Under the pieces are notes generated by a model that saw nothing but the letters and a program-made list of their open reading frames with translations, searched no databases and was not told the origin of the DNA. Shown here piece by piece: positions 9,811 to 18,576 of a stretch of DNA of 42,063 nt. How positions within the stretch are numbered: the first letter of the stretch is position 1; every line of letters begins with the position of its first letter. The stretch spans positions 1 through 42,063 of the forward strand of contig JAJRTO010000107.1 in assembly GCA_024278235.1 (NCBI GenBank), written 5' to 3'. This DNA comes from Candidatus Poribacteria bacterium. Lineage in GTDB: Bacteria; Poribacteria; WGA-4E; JAJRTO01. The position numbers and the translations under genes were made by a program.

Positions 9811-9943
9811 ATTCCCCGGCTTCTTGCAGTTCCCTGCCAATGTGTGGGCAGCTTACCGACCTCCGGAAAACGGGTAGCGCGGACAGCTTGTCTGCGCAGG
9901 ATGACGCGCCTGTGCACAGACAAGCTGTCTGTGCTACTTGAAA
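9811..9943 (+). repeat. Dispersed intergenic hairpin element of about 134 bp, copy A
   Basis: Near-identical to 24945-25079 in the same orientation. Contains the 13-bp perfect inverted repeat GACAGCTTGTCTG (9882-9894) / CAGACAAGCTGTC (9917-9929), a CAGG/CCTG extension and an 8-nt loop. Confidence 0.9.
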
Positions 9944-10013
9944 GCTGCAGCTTGCTGCCGCAATCCAAAAGGGGTTGCTTCCCCGGGGAATTTCTGCGTT
10001 AGAATCAGAAGAT

Positions 10014-10042
10014 TTGCATCATTCCTTCAGAAATGGTATAAT
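10014..10042 (+). promoter_or_regulatory. Sigma70-like promoter for the ECF sigma gene
   Basis: TTGCAT (10014-10019), a 17-nt spacer, then TATAAT (10037-10042). Confidence 0.55.
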
Positions 10043-10073
10043 TCACACAAGCATGGGGAAGGAAAGATACTTT

Positions 10074-10670
10074 ATGCGTGTCTCCGATGAGGAATTGATG
10101 CTGCGGTGTCGTCATGGCGATACAAGTGCATTTGAACTTCTCGTTGCCCGTTATAAAGATGCCATTCTTAATTTCGCGTACCGCATGATCCATGATTATC
10201 ATCGCGCCGAGGATGTGACACAGGAGACGTTTCTGCGCGTCTTCCGAAACGCGGATCACTATAAGCCAAGTGCTAAATTTAAGAACTGGCTCTATCTGAT
10301 CGCCGCGAATCTTTGCAAAAACGAATTGCGCCGCTGTCAACGACACCAACAGACCTCGCTGGACGCCATGATGGCAGAAAACACCGATGCGTGGCCGCGC
10401 AGTTTGACCGTATCCACAAACTTACCGGATCATCTCTACGAGAAAAAGGAACAACAAAGGCTGATCGAGCAAGCCCTGACACGACTTCCGGAAAATCAGC
10501 GACTTGCGCTGATCATGGTCACCTATCAAGGGCTACGCTATGATGAAATCGCTGATGTGCTCAATTGTTCTGTCAGCGCGGTGAAATCACTCATTCACCG
10601 GGCACGACAGGGATTACGTGGCTGGCTTGTTCAGTCAGGGATTCGAGGGAGTACCAATGCTTCATTGTGA
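10074..10670 (+). CDS. ECF-type RNA polymerase sigma factor (sigma-70 family, group IV)
   Basis: Region 2 (DVTQETFLRVF) and region 4 (LPENQRLALIMVTYQGLRYDEIADVLNCSVSAVKSLIHRAR). ATG at 10074 has AAGGAA upstream; ATG at 10053 is an alternative start. Confidence 0.9.
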   Translation: MRVSDEELMLRCRHGDTSAFELLVARYKDAILNFAYRMIHDYHRAEDVTQETFLRVFRNADHYKPSAKFKNWLYLIAANLCKNELRRCQRHQQTSLDAMMAENTDAWPRSLTVSTNLPDHLYEKKEQQRLIEQALTRLPENQRLALIMVTYQGLRYDEIADVLNCSVSAVKSLIHRARQGLRGWLVQSGIRGSTNASL

Positions 10671-11112
10671 AAATGTACGGCCGGACCTCTCAGCATATCT
10701 CGACCGTGAATTGCCCAGATGGAAGATGCAGCTCATACGCTGGCACCTGTATCAATGTCCACGGTGTTCTCATGAAATGGCGCTCTTACAGCAGACGGAT
10801 GAGATCCTGCATTGGCTACCGGTGCGAGCGGTTGAGTCCGATCTCGCTCACAGGATATTGCAACGAGCAGAAGCTGAAAACCGTAAGGGCGTTCCGATCT
10901 GGAAGCATTCGACCTCAACGGTGACACGATTCCGGTATCTTCTCAGGCAGAAGGCACTGGCATCCGCTTTCGCCATCTGCCTACTCATTGGGCTGGGAAT
11001 CACACTCACCCAATCGGTGATGAAACCCAAGCCGGCAGCCGAACCCGAGGTACGTGTCGTACAGGTTGACCTGATCCAGGAGCAACCGGCACGTGGCTAT
11101 ATCCTCTATTGA
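10657..11112 (+). CDS. Anti-sigma factor (zf-HC2) with one transmembrane helix
   Basis: H-x3-C-x2-C motif in HLYQCPRCSHE. TM segment ALASAFAICLLIGLGITL. The start overlaps the end of the sigma gene. Confidence 0.8.
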   Translation: MLHCENVRPDLSAYLDRELPRWKMQLIRWHLYQCPRCSHEMALLQQTDEILHWLPVRAVESDLAHRILQRAEAENRKGVPIWKHSTSTVTRFRYLLRQKALASAFAICLLIGLGITLTQSVMKPKPAAEPEVRVVQVDLIQEQPARGYILY

Positions 11113-11127
11113 TTGTAATGATATATC

Positions 11128-12906
11128 TTGCGATCTGCTCAAGTTTTCACCCGAAGACCCGTCATTTCCCGCGCATACCTTGTCTCACTGGGTTTGCACC
11201 TCCTGCTGTTGCTCCTGATAGCGTTTGTGTGGCGTGACGCACGCTATCAGGGGAACCCACCAGAGCCTGTCATCTCCGTTGAATTTTACGCGCCGCGCAA
11301 ACCACAAGCGGTGTTGTTGCGTCTGAAGATGGAAGAGCCTGTCGTTTCTTCTCGCGGACGGATTTACAGAGAAGTCTCTGTCCCTGCGGAGGAAGTTTCC
11401 CCATCCTGGGATCCCAAAAAACTGAATGTGACGAGGGAATCCCAGGTGATCCGAACGACAGATCCTTCCGTCCTGCCCGGATTCGATCACGAACAACCCC
11501 AATGGGATACAGCAACTGACTTGCCGTCGTCACCCTCGGAGCTGACGGAGACCCCGTCCGGGATGCAGGGCGCGAGACATGCTGATAACGGTGGCCCAGA
11601 TCGTCCCATGCTCTCTCGTTCAAGCGGTGCATTCCTGGATCTATCCGACTCAGATGGGGATGGGGATCCGGATCTCATCCATCCACTCGCACAGTACATA
11701 GATGATCCGAACCTTCCTTTGATTCGGATGGATCAGGTACTCCGCACATTTGCTGAAAGTATTGTTGAGGATAGCGGTGGTGAACCCATCGATGTGGTGT
11801 TCGTGGTCGATTACAGTGGGAGCATGCAGGACAACATCGAGGCTGTCCAGGAGCATTTCATGGAGATGATCGAGGTCTATAAACGTTCCAAACTGGACTA
11901 TGCCCTGGGGCTTGTTCAGTTTCGCGTTAGCAAAAAACAGAGTGACATCCGCTTGTTTCATCCCACCCGGAGGTGGCAAACGATCCGCACCGAGTTGACA
12001 GCTCTACGAGCCGCGGGGGATGAGCATGCACTTGATGCCATCCAGGAAGGGACGGCCAGGTCGGTGTTCCGACCGGCATCGCGTCGCTACTTTATTCTGG
12101 CGACAGATGAGCCGTTCACCAGCTCTACGGGATGGACGATCAACGATGCCGTCTCAGCGTGCAAGGAGTTTAACATCACAACGTATGTGATGGGGTTGGA
12201 CCTGCCGGAACATCATCAGCTTGCGGATCAAACCGGTGGGATGTGGCATCAGATCCCACAACGGCAGAGGCAGCAGCAATCCATCAGCCGACGACCGTCG
12301 GCCGCAGCTTCCTCTCGTCGGAACGCTGCCCGTTATTTGCGTTCGGCAACATGGAAGGGGATCGAACGTGTCCGACAACATACACTGCAACAGATCCCTA
12401 CCAATAAGCAGGATATTCTGCTGGTGGTAGATATCAGCCGCAGTATGGAGGATAAACTGCCGCTTCTGATGGAACAGATCGAAGAGATGTTTCAGTCCTG
12501 GGACCACGCGCTGTTAGATTATCGTGTTGGGGTTGCAACATTTCGATCCGGTGCTGGTAGCTTCAACTATTTCAACATATACCGACCGCCTCAACAGCTC
12601 GATGCAATCCGAAAGATCCTTGCTCTCCGTAGTGAAGGGAGTGAACGAGTGCTCGAGGCGTTCGCCGAAAGTCTGCAACGTATGCAGTGGCGATCGGATG
12701 CCAAACGCTACGTCATCTTGGTCACAGACGAACCGAGTACAGGTAAGAACACCCCGGGAGCGGTGATCCGAATGGCGCTTCAGCAAAATGTCACCGTCAG
12801 TGTGATCGGCACGGTAGACGATTTCCAGCAGGATGTCGCAGCCAAGACGCAGGGTCTCTGGGTTCCCATACCTCAAGGATATACGACCGCCCAGGAGGCA
12901 TGGTGA
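11128..12906 (+). CDS. Membrane-anchored protein with two von Willebrand factor A domains
   Basis: N-terminal TM segment (LVSLGLHLLLLLLIAFVW). Two DxSxS MIDAS motifs (VVDYSGSM and VVDISRSM). The only in-frame start before the TM helix is TTG at 11128, and no SD is seen. Confidence 0.75.
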   Translation: MRSAQVFTRRPVISRAYLVSLGLHLLLLLLIAFVWRDARYQGNPPEPVISVEFYAPRKPQAVLLRLKMEEPVVSSRGRIYREVSVPAEEVSPSWDPKKLNVTRESQVIRTTDPSVLPGFDHEQPQWDTATDLPSSPSELTETPSGMQGARHADNGGPDRPMLSRSSGAFLDLSDSDGDGDPDLIHPLAQYIDDPNLPLIRMDQVLRTFAESIVEDSGGEPIDVVFVVDYSGSMQDNIEAVQEHFMEMIEVYKRSKLDYALGLVQFRVSKKQSDIRLFHPTRRWQTIRTELTALRAAGDEHALDAIQEGTARSVFRPASRRYFILATDEPFTSSTGWTINDAVSACKEFNITTYVMGLDLPEHHQLADQTGGMWHQIPQRQRQQQSISRRPSAAASSRRNAARYLRSATWKGIERVRQHTLQQIPTNKQDILLVVDISRSMEDKLPLLMEQIEEMFQSWDHALLDYRVGVATFRSGAGSFNYFNIYRPPQQLDAIRKILALRSEGSERVLEAFAESLQRMQWRSDAKRYVILVTDEPSTGKNTPGAVIRMALQQNVTVSVIGTVDDFQQDVAAKTQGLWVPIPQGYTTAQEAW

Positions 12907-12936
12907 CATGGTTTATGGAACGTATTTCAGGCAAAG

Positions 12937-12970
12937 AAAAAACCCGTTTTCTTGACGAAAACGGGTTTTT
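12937..12970. terminator. Bidirectional intrinsic terminator between convergent genes
   Basis: AAAAAA-CCCGTTTTC-TTGAC-GAAAACGGG-TTTTT: a 9-bp stem flanked by an A-run and a T-run. Confidence 0.8.
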
Positions 12971-12985
12971 GGTTCGTGAGGTGAT

Positions 12986-13720
12986 CTAGCGTTTGAGATC
13001 AGCCCAGGTAACACTAAGTTTGCCAGAAGGTTCGACGGCCGTGCCAAGTACATCGAGGAAGCGATCGTCCATAGTGGGGATGATCTTCAGATCGGTATCG
13101 CCTGCATCGAAGTGCAAGTTGAAGTAGTCGGAACCACCGGACTCACCGCAACGATACAGAAGAACGTTGGCACCTTTTTTGAGGTTCACTTCGGTCGGCG
13201 TGGTGACCGTTGTTGCGCCACCAGTCCAATTGGGATTGTCATACACCTTTTCCCCATTGAGCCAGATATGCGCATAGTCATCATGAGCAGGATAGATCGT
13301 AGTCGTGCGTGCGTCTGGCGAATCAACGACGATGATGGCGTAGGTTTCGATGTCGCTTTCGTCCACGAGCCCATACGGGGTGGACATGTTGTTGCCATCA
13401 TTTGGATCGATGGTGATCACCGTCCAGCCAAAATCCCCACCATTGTCAGGCAGACTCACGATTGTATCAGCGGTGAGTTTGAGACCATTCATGGTGGATA
13501 CTAACTCTTGAGTGAGCTTGCCATTGGTACCTTCACTGAGCCAGTCATGAGCCGCTGATGCCTCGAAACCACCGGTGTTCGTGATCGGTCCATCCAGAGC
13601 CCACCACTTGGTGATCCATTCCTCGCCAGCAGGCTGATAATCCTGGGCAACGGAAAGGTAAGCCACACCAACAGTCAATGCCAATGTGCAAACCAGAAGT
13701 GTGATAAACTTACATTTCAT
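12986..13720 (-). CDS. Secreted beta-sandwich (lectin/galactose-binding-like) protein, paralogue 1; family not recognised
   Basis: Signal peptide MKCKFITLLVCTLALTVGVAYLSVA with GGAGG 8 nt upstream of ATG at 13720. It shares long blocks with the neighbouring gene, such as PAHDDYAHIWLNGEKVYDNPNWTGG and CGESGGSDY. Confidence 0.75.
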   Translation of the reverse strand: MKCKFITLLVCTLALTVGVAYLSVAQDYQPAGEEWITKWWALDGPITNTGGFEASAAHDWLSEGTNGKLTQELVSTMNGLKLTADTIVSLPDNGGDFGWTVITIDPNDGNNMSTPYGLVDESDIETYAIIVVDSPDARTTTIYPAHDDYAHIWLNGEKVYDNPNWTGGATTVTTPTEVNLKKGANVLLYRCGESGGSDYFNLHFDAGDTDLKIIPTMDDRFLDVLGTAVEPSGKLSVTWADLKR

Positions 13721-13849
13721 CTGATGTTCCTCCAAATAGAACGCTGTTACTCTTGATCAGAGCAACAACTTACTTGAGGGTTTCACGGGTGATCGCGTTT
13801 CACCCGCAGGGAATCCGAACCTGGGCTCGGACACACGAACCAGGGACTG

Positions 13850-14593
13850 TCATCGTTTGATGTCAGCCCAAGTAATTGCCAGCTTCCCCGTGGGTTCCAC
13901 TGACAACGACTTTATATACCGCCAGAACTTGTCGTCCATCGTTGGTAAGATCTTGAGATCCCCATCGCTGTTCTCAAAGTGGAGATTGATGTAGTCCGAT
14001 CCGCCGGATTCGCCACAACGAAACAGCAGGACATTTTCTCCCTTGTTCAGATTGACTTCAGTCGGCGTCGTAACAATGGTCACACCACCGGTCCAATTGG
14101 GATTGTCATACACCTTTTCCCCATTGAGCCAGATATGCGCATAATCATCATGAGCAGGGTGCATCGTCGTCGTACGATCATTCGGTGACTCAATCACGAT
14201 GATACCGTACCATTCGATATCGCTCAGGTCCGCTTGGCCATGGCTGGAGGACATATTGTTGCCATCGTTAGGGTCGATCGTCACGACAGACCATTTCAAC
14301 TCGCCCTTCGGGTTCGAAAATGCACCATGATCGGGGAGGTTGACGGTATCCACCTGGAGCAGCTTCTGCAAGCCTTTGATGGTGGAGACATCCTCTTGAG
14401 TGATCTTGTCGCCCGTGCCTTCTGCCAACCAGTCGTGTGCGGCAGAGGCGTTGAAGCCACCCGTCGTCGTAACCAGGTCAAGACTGTACCACTTGGTGAT
14501 CCATTCGTCACCCGCGGGTTGGTAATCGATAGCCAAAGCAATGCTACCCAGCGTGAATAGCATGATGCTCGTTAAAACGAGACTCCTTTTCAT
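13850..14593 (-). CDS. Secreted beta-sandwich protein, paralogue 2
   Basis: Signal peptide MKRSLVLTSIMLFTLGSIALA with AGGAG upstream. Collinear with 12986-13720 along its whole length. Confidence 0.75.
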   Translation of the reverse strand: MKRSLVLTSIMLFTLGSIALAIDYQPAGDEWITKWYSLDLVTTTGGFNASAAHDWLAEGTGDKITQEDVSTIKGLQKLLQVDTVNLPDHGAFSNPKGELKWSVVTIDPNDGNNMSSSHGQADLSDIEWYGIIVIESPNDRTTTMHPAHDDYAHIWLNGEKVYDNPNWTGGVTIVTTPTEVNLNKGENVLLFRCGESGGSDYINLHFENSDGDLKILPTMDDKFWRYIKSLSVEPTGKLAITWADIKR

Positions 14594-14680
14594 TCACAAT
14601 CTCCTTCCCTACTTCTCAGTTTTTAATGCTAATGTCCAACTGTCCGGAAAACGCTGAGGGTTATAATCAGAAGTTATACC

Positions 14681-14709
14681 AGTATAACACGTTCAGGAAT
14701 AGAATTCAA
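14681..14709 (-). promoter_or_regulatory. Sigma70-like promoter for the secreted paralogue pair
   Basis: Minus strand reads TTGAAT (14709-14704), a 17-nt spacer, then TATACT (14686-14681). Confidence 0.5.
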
Positions 14710-14740
14710 TCTCTTTTTTCCCTTGTTTCGCTTGCGATTT

Positions 14741-16372
14741 TTACGGAGATTTTTCTGTAATCCATACTGTCTGATTGCAGAGCACATCCTCGAACGATTG
14801 CATGGTACCACTTGGCCAGCGGATATCAACCCGATCCACTTTGGCATGCTCACCCAGGCCAAATAAGAGTCGCTGATCGCTCCCGGATGCATAGCCAGAA
14901 CCACTTTTCACCTCAGCGGTCTGAGTGTCGCCATTGGCTGTGACGCGAACCCTTGTCCCGATGCCATCGCGATTGCTGATGGTTCCGATAAGTTTGATAC
15001 GAAGCCAGTGATGTCGATTGCCAATCTCATTACGCAGAAGAATGGCCCGCTGGTTGGAATTGACAATGAAGATATCCGTATCTCCGTCGTTATCATAATC
15101 GCCACCTGCGGTCGCTCGCCCCACGTATGCCTGTGAGAAATACTCTCCGGCATCCTGCGAAATCTCGGTGTATGTGCCATTTCCATCATTGCGAAAGAGT
15201 TGATCTTTTTGGGCGTAGGTCGTCTTATCCGTCAGTTCATGGATGATGTCCTGGGGATGCCCATTCGCAAAGAAGATGTCCAGATCCGCATCGTTGTCAT
15301 AATCGAGAAAAAGTGGACTGTAGCCGGTCACGAGGTAGGTGGTTAAGCTCAAACCTGCCACGGCTGTGTCATCCGTAAACGAACCGTCCTGATTGTTTCG
15401 ATAGAGTGTCGATGTCTCGGAATTTGCGATCAGGATATCAAGCCATCCATCCTTGTTGTAATCCCCGCAGTCGATCCCCATCGAACCTTCCGCAATGCCG
15501 TCTCCGTCATACCCTGTGCCGGTGAACAGGCTCTCATCGGTGAAGGTACCATTTCCATTGTTATGATAGAGGAAATTCCGGCTCGTATCATTTGCCACAT
15601 AGATATCAGGCCAGCCATCGTTATCATAGTCGCAGATGACGACGCCCATCCCTCGTCCTTCGGACGGATCCACCACGCCCGCCTGTTGAGCAATATCGGT
15701 AAACGTGCCGTCACCGTTGTTGCGATAGAGAACGTCAGGGGTTCCTTGATACAAGCGGGGATGACCATAGCCCACGATACCCCGGTAGGTCGAGGGAGGC
15801 ATCGAAACATCGTAGACGAGATAGTTGACGACAAAAATATCCAGGTCACCATCCAGGTCAAAATCGAAGAAGGCGACAGAAACAGCCCACGGCTCATTGT
15901 CAATACCGGCGGATGCGGTCACGTCGGTAAACGTACCATCACCGTCGTTACGATAGAGAACATCCTGTCCGAAGTTTGCCACGTAGAGATCCTGATCTCC
16001 ATCGTTATCATAGTCGGCGGCCGCTGCAGCCATGCCATAGCCTGTATCGCCTGTCCCGGTGATCTCGGTGACATCGATAAAATGGCCGTTCCCTTCGTTT
16101 TGATAAAAGACGTTTCCGGGAGATACTTTGTCGGAAATACCGGGGACATACCCACTATTGACAACATAGAGATCCAGATCCTCATCGTTATCATAATCGA
16201 AGAATACCGCACCGGAACCCATCGTCTCAATCAGATATCGTTCCTCTGTTTTGCCATTCGTGTGCTTGAACTGAATTCCCGCTTCTTCTGTCACATCGAC
16301 GAACACTGGCAACTCAGTGGCGAATACAGTCGCTGGTATCAGAAAAAGGATATATAACCATCGTTGTGCCAT
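14741..16372 (-). CDS. CRTAC1-family protein: FG-GAP/VCBS repeats plus a C-terminal ASPIC/UnbV domain
   Basis: Repeated DYDNDGDxDL(Y/F)V(A/V)N calcium-binding repeats. C-terminal NRHHWLRIKLIGTISNRDGIGTRVRV. Signal peptide follows ATG at 16372 (MAQRWLYILFLIPATVFA). Confidence 0.85.
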   Translation of the reverse strand: MAQRWLYILFLIPATVFATELPVFVDVTEEAGIQFKHTNGKTEERYLIETMGSGAVFFDYDNDEDLDLYVVNSGYVPGISDKVSPGNVFYQNEGNGHFIDVTEITGTGDTGYGMAAAAADYDNDGDQDLYVANFGQDVLYRNDGDGTFTDVTASAGIDNEPWAVSVAFFDFDLDGDLDIFVVNYLVYDVSMPPSTYRGIVGYGHPRLYQGTPDVLYRNNGDGTFTDIAQQAGVVDPSEGRGMGVVICDYDNDGWPDIYVANDTSRNFLYHNNGNGTFTDESLFTGTGYDGDGIAEGSMGIDCGDYNKDGWLDILIANSETSTLYRNNQDGSFTDDTAVAGLSLTTYLVTGYSPLFLDYDNDADLDIFFANGHPQDIIHELTDKTTYAQKDQLFRNDGNGTYTEISQDAGEYFSQAYVGRATAGGDYDNDGDTDIFIVNSNQRAILLRNEIGNRHHWLRIKLIGTISNRDGIGTRVRVTANGDTQTAEVKSGSGYASGSDQRLLFGLGEHAKVDRVDIRWPSGTMQSFEDVLCNQTVWITEKSP

Positions 16373-16504
16373 TCTGAACCTCAGTAGATCGCATTTTCCG
16401 GTTTGTAGTGAGCCACGAAGCGGAGCGAAGTGGCGTCTGAACGGCACTCCACTGCGTTACGTGCCTGACTACGAGCGTAAACGGAGAAGTACTGAACCTG
16501 TGCC

Positions 16505-17404
16505 CTACGGAGCGTCCTTTGCCAGACGAAAACCGATGAAAGAAGTCTGCAAATTTGGATAGAAGTAAAATCGGAAGGCCGTGGTACATCGTTTGATGTC
16601 ATCTATCCAGGACCCTCCACGCAGGACACGCCAACTCCCTATCTTCGCCCCTTTGGGATTGTTCCTGGGGCTCTGGAAATAGTAGACATCACTGTAGTAA
16701 TCGCTCACCCACTCCCAAACGTTCCCGGCCATGTCCATAGCACCATAGTAGCCCTTGCCCTTGGGGAAACTTCCCACCGGAGCAAGTCCGTTGTCGTAGC
16801 CATCGTTTCCTTCCCACGTGTTCGCATACGGTCCGAGATGACCACCCCAGGGCCAGAGGCGATCCGTTGGTCCACGGGCAGCTTTCTCCCACTCGGCTTC
16901 CGTGGGCAGGCGCATCCCCACCCATTCTGCATAAGCAACGGCATCATGCCAGGAAACGCCAACAACGGGATGGCGCGGATGCGTCAATGCACGCTCCGGC
17001 CACACACCAATACCGTATTCATCGGAGAAGCTCTCCGGCGTATGAGACTGTGTTGCTTCCCAGAAGCGGAAATACTCTTCATTCGTCACCTCGTATTTGC
17101 CGATGTAATAGGCATCCAGATACACTCTGTGGACCGGTTTCGTGTCGGGTCCATGCTTATTGCTCCCCATGGAGAACTCACCGGCGGGGATACGGATCAT
17201 TTCTTCCTCACCGGCGGAGGCATAAGATGTTATGGTGACTATCATCCCCAGACAGAGCGGGAGATAAAGCCAGCGGCCACGAATTGCGTTTATTCCGGCG
17301 GCAATGATCTCCGGGCCGAGCGACAGAAAGGAAGCGGGAAAACAGGCGGACAAGGGAGCAGGATTTATGCTCCGGTGAAACATATATTGAGCACGTTGAC
17401 TCAT
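16505..17404 (-). CDS. Formylglycine-generating-enzyme (FGE/SUMF1) fold protein
   Basis: IPAGEFSMGS, HPVVGVSWHDAVAYAEW, RLPTEAEWEKAARG, GNVWEWVSD and RVLRGGSW motifs. N-terminal hydrophobic anchor. ATGA overlap with the upstream TPR gene. Confidence 0.85.
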   Translation of the reverse strand: MSQRAQYMFHRSINPAPLSACFPASFLSLGPEIIAAGINAIRGRWLYLPLCLGMIVTITSYASAGEEEMIRIPAGEFSMGSNKHGPDTKPVHRVYLDAYYIGKYEVTNEEYFRFWEATQSHTPESFSDEYGIGVWPERALTHPRHPVVGVSWHDAVAYAEWVGMRLPTEAEWEKAARGPTDRLWPWGGHLGPYANTWEGNDGYDNGLAPVGSFPKGKGYYGAMDMAGNVWEWVSDYYSDVYYFQSPRNNPKGAKIGSWRVLRGGSWIDDIKRCTTAFRFYFYPNLQTSFIGFRLAKDAP

Positions 17405-18576
17405 TGAGACGCACCCTTCTTCAAACGTTCATACAATGCATAGTGTTGTTCGGCAGCCTTATCATTGCCCATCTGTTCGTACAGTTTTGCCAGATTGAGG
17501 TGAAAGTAAGGTACCTTTGGGGCCAGCGACACAGCTTTCAGGAAAGATCTGATAGCATTGGCTGTATCTCCCTGTGCGGCAAAGCTGCTGCCGAGAGTAT
17601 TATAGAAGTTTGCTTCATTCGGCTTCAGTCGGATGGCATCGAGTACTGCACGTCGACCAGGAACAGGATATCCAAGATTGATGAAAGCCTGTCCCAGTAG
17701 ATGATGGTATGTGGCATTTTCGGGATCTAATTCAATACATTTCTGGAGAGGCAGAATGGCTTCCGTGTAGTCCTTCTGGCGTATGGATATCTTGGCAAGC
17801 CCGGCCCATCCTTCGATATTCGTCGGCTCCGTGTGGGTGAGCCGTGAAAATCGCTCGTATTCCTGAAACTCATGCTGCAACCGTTGGAACAGAAGCATCT
17901 CTGTGCGAGCTTTCTCCCGCTCACCAAGCCGCATATAGGCTTGTCCCAACCCATAGTGAGGCTGCATATAACTGGGAGAAAGTTGGACCGCCTTCTCAAA
18001 ATAGGGGATCGCTTTCTGATACTCCTTTTGATTCAGATACGCCATACCCAGTTCGTGATATGTACCTGCTGCATCCGGGTTCAACTCAACCGCCCTGGTC
18101 AAACTCGCTGCTGCTTCTGCAAATTGAAGGAGTTTGTTCTGGGCTTTGCCAAGCACATAGTACGCACGTGCATGTTCCGGAGAAAGGTCAACCGCTTTCT
18201 GAAGCGACTTGACTGTCTCCTGCCAATCGCCGAGAGCGAAATAGGCAAACCCCATTGCATACCACGCCTCGATGTTATCCGGCATCAACTCTACAGAGCG
18301 ACGATAAGCCTCTATCGCTTTGTTCCACCGTTCCTCCTCAGCATAGGCCATCCCCAGATAGCAATAGAGTTCCGGGTGATTTGGTTCGACCGCGTTGGCT
18401 TTCTCGAACTCCTCAGCCGCCCCTGCATCATCGCCCTGGAATGATAACAGAAATGCCCGTTCCTGATGAGTAACGTATTTCAAATGACGTGGATCCACCT
18501 CTGCGTTGCCCAGCACCGAAAACCCGGACAACATGAAACAAAGATAAATAACCGAAAGCCTTGTTGCCTTTTGCAT
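17401..18576 (-). CDS. Secreted tetratricopeptide (TPR) repeat protein
   Basis: Signal peptide followed by about 9 tandem 34-aa TPR units (the A/Y/W..LG.AY....Y..A pattern recurs). The start shares one base (TAATG) with the upstream gene's stop. Confidence 0.85.
   Translation of the reverse strand: MQKATRLSVIYLCFMLSGFSVLGNAEVDPRHLKYVTHQERAFLLSFQGDDAGAAEEFEKANAVEPNHPELYCYLGMAYAEEERWNKAIEAYRRSVELMPDNIEAWYAMGFAYFALGDWQETVKSLQKAVDLSPEHARAYYVLGKAQNKLLQFAEAAASLTRAVELNPDAAGTYHELGMAYLNQKEYQKAIPYFEKAVQLSPSYMQPHYGLGQAYMRLGEREKARTEMLLFQRLQHEFQEYERFSRLTHTEPTNIEGWAGLAKISIRQKDYTEAILPLQKCIELDPENATYHHLLGQAFINLGYPVPGRRAVLDAIRLKPNEANFYNTLGSSFAAQGDTANAIRSFLKAVSLAPKVPYFHLNLAKLYEQMGNDKAAEQHYALYERLKKGASQ

Noticed and set aside
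13805-13830. GGAATCCGAACC (reverse complement of a GGTTCGGATTCC T-loop-like string) between the secreted paralogues
   Set aside because: No 5-bp T-stem and no cloverleaf can be drawn around it. It is probably chance similarity.
16470-16484. The 12-mer TTACGCTCGTAG is shared (inverted) between the FGE/CRTAC1 spacer and 32050-32061
   Set aside because: Dozens of 12-mer coincidences are expected by chance in 42 kb across both strands. The similarity does not extend further.
16505-17404. The idea that the FGE-fold gene matures the sulfatase-like enzyme at 35415-36767
   Set aside because: The two genes are 18 kb apart in different operons. The sulfatase-like protein has Thr rather than Cys or Ser at the modification site and appears cytoplasmic, whereas the FGE-fold protein has an N-terminal anchor.
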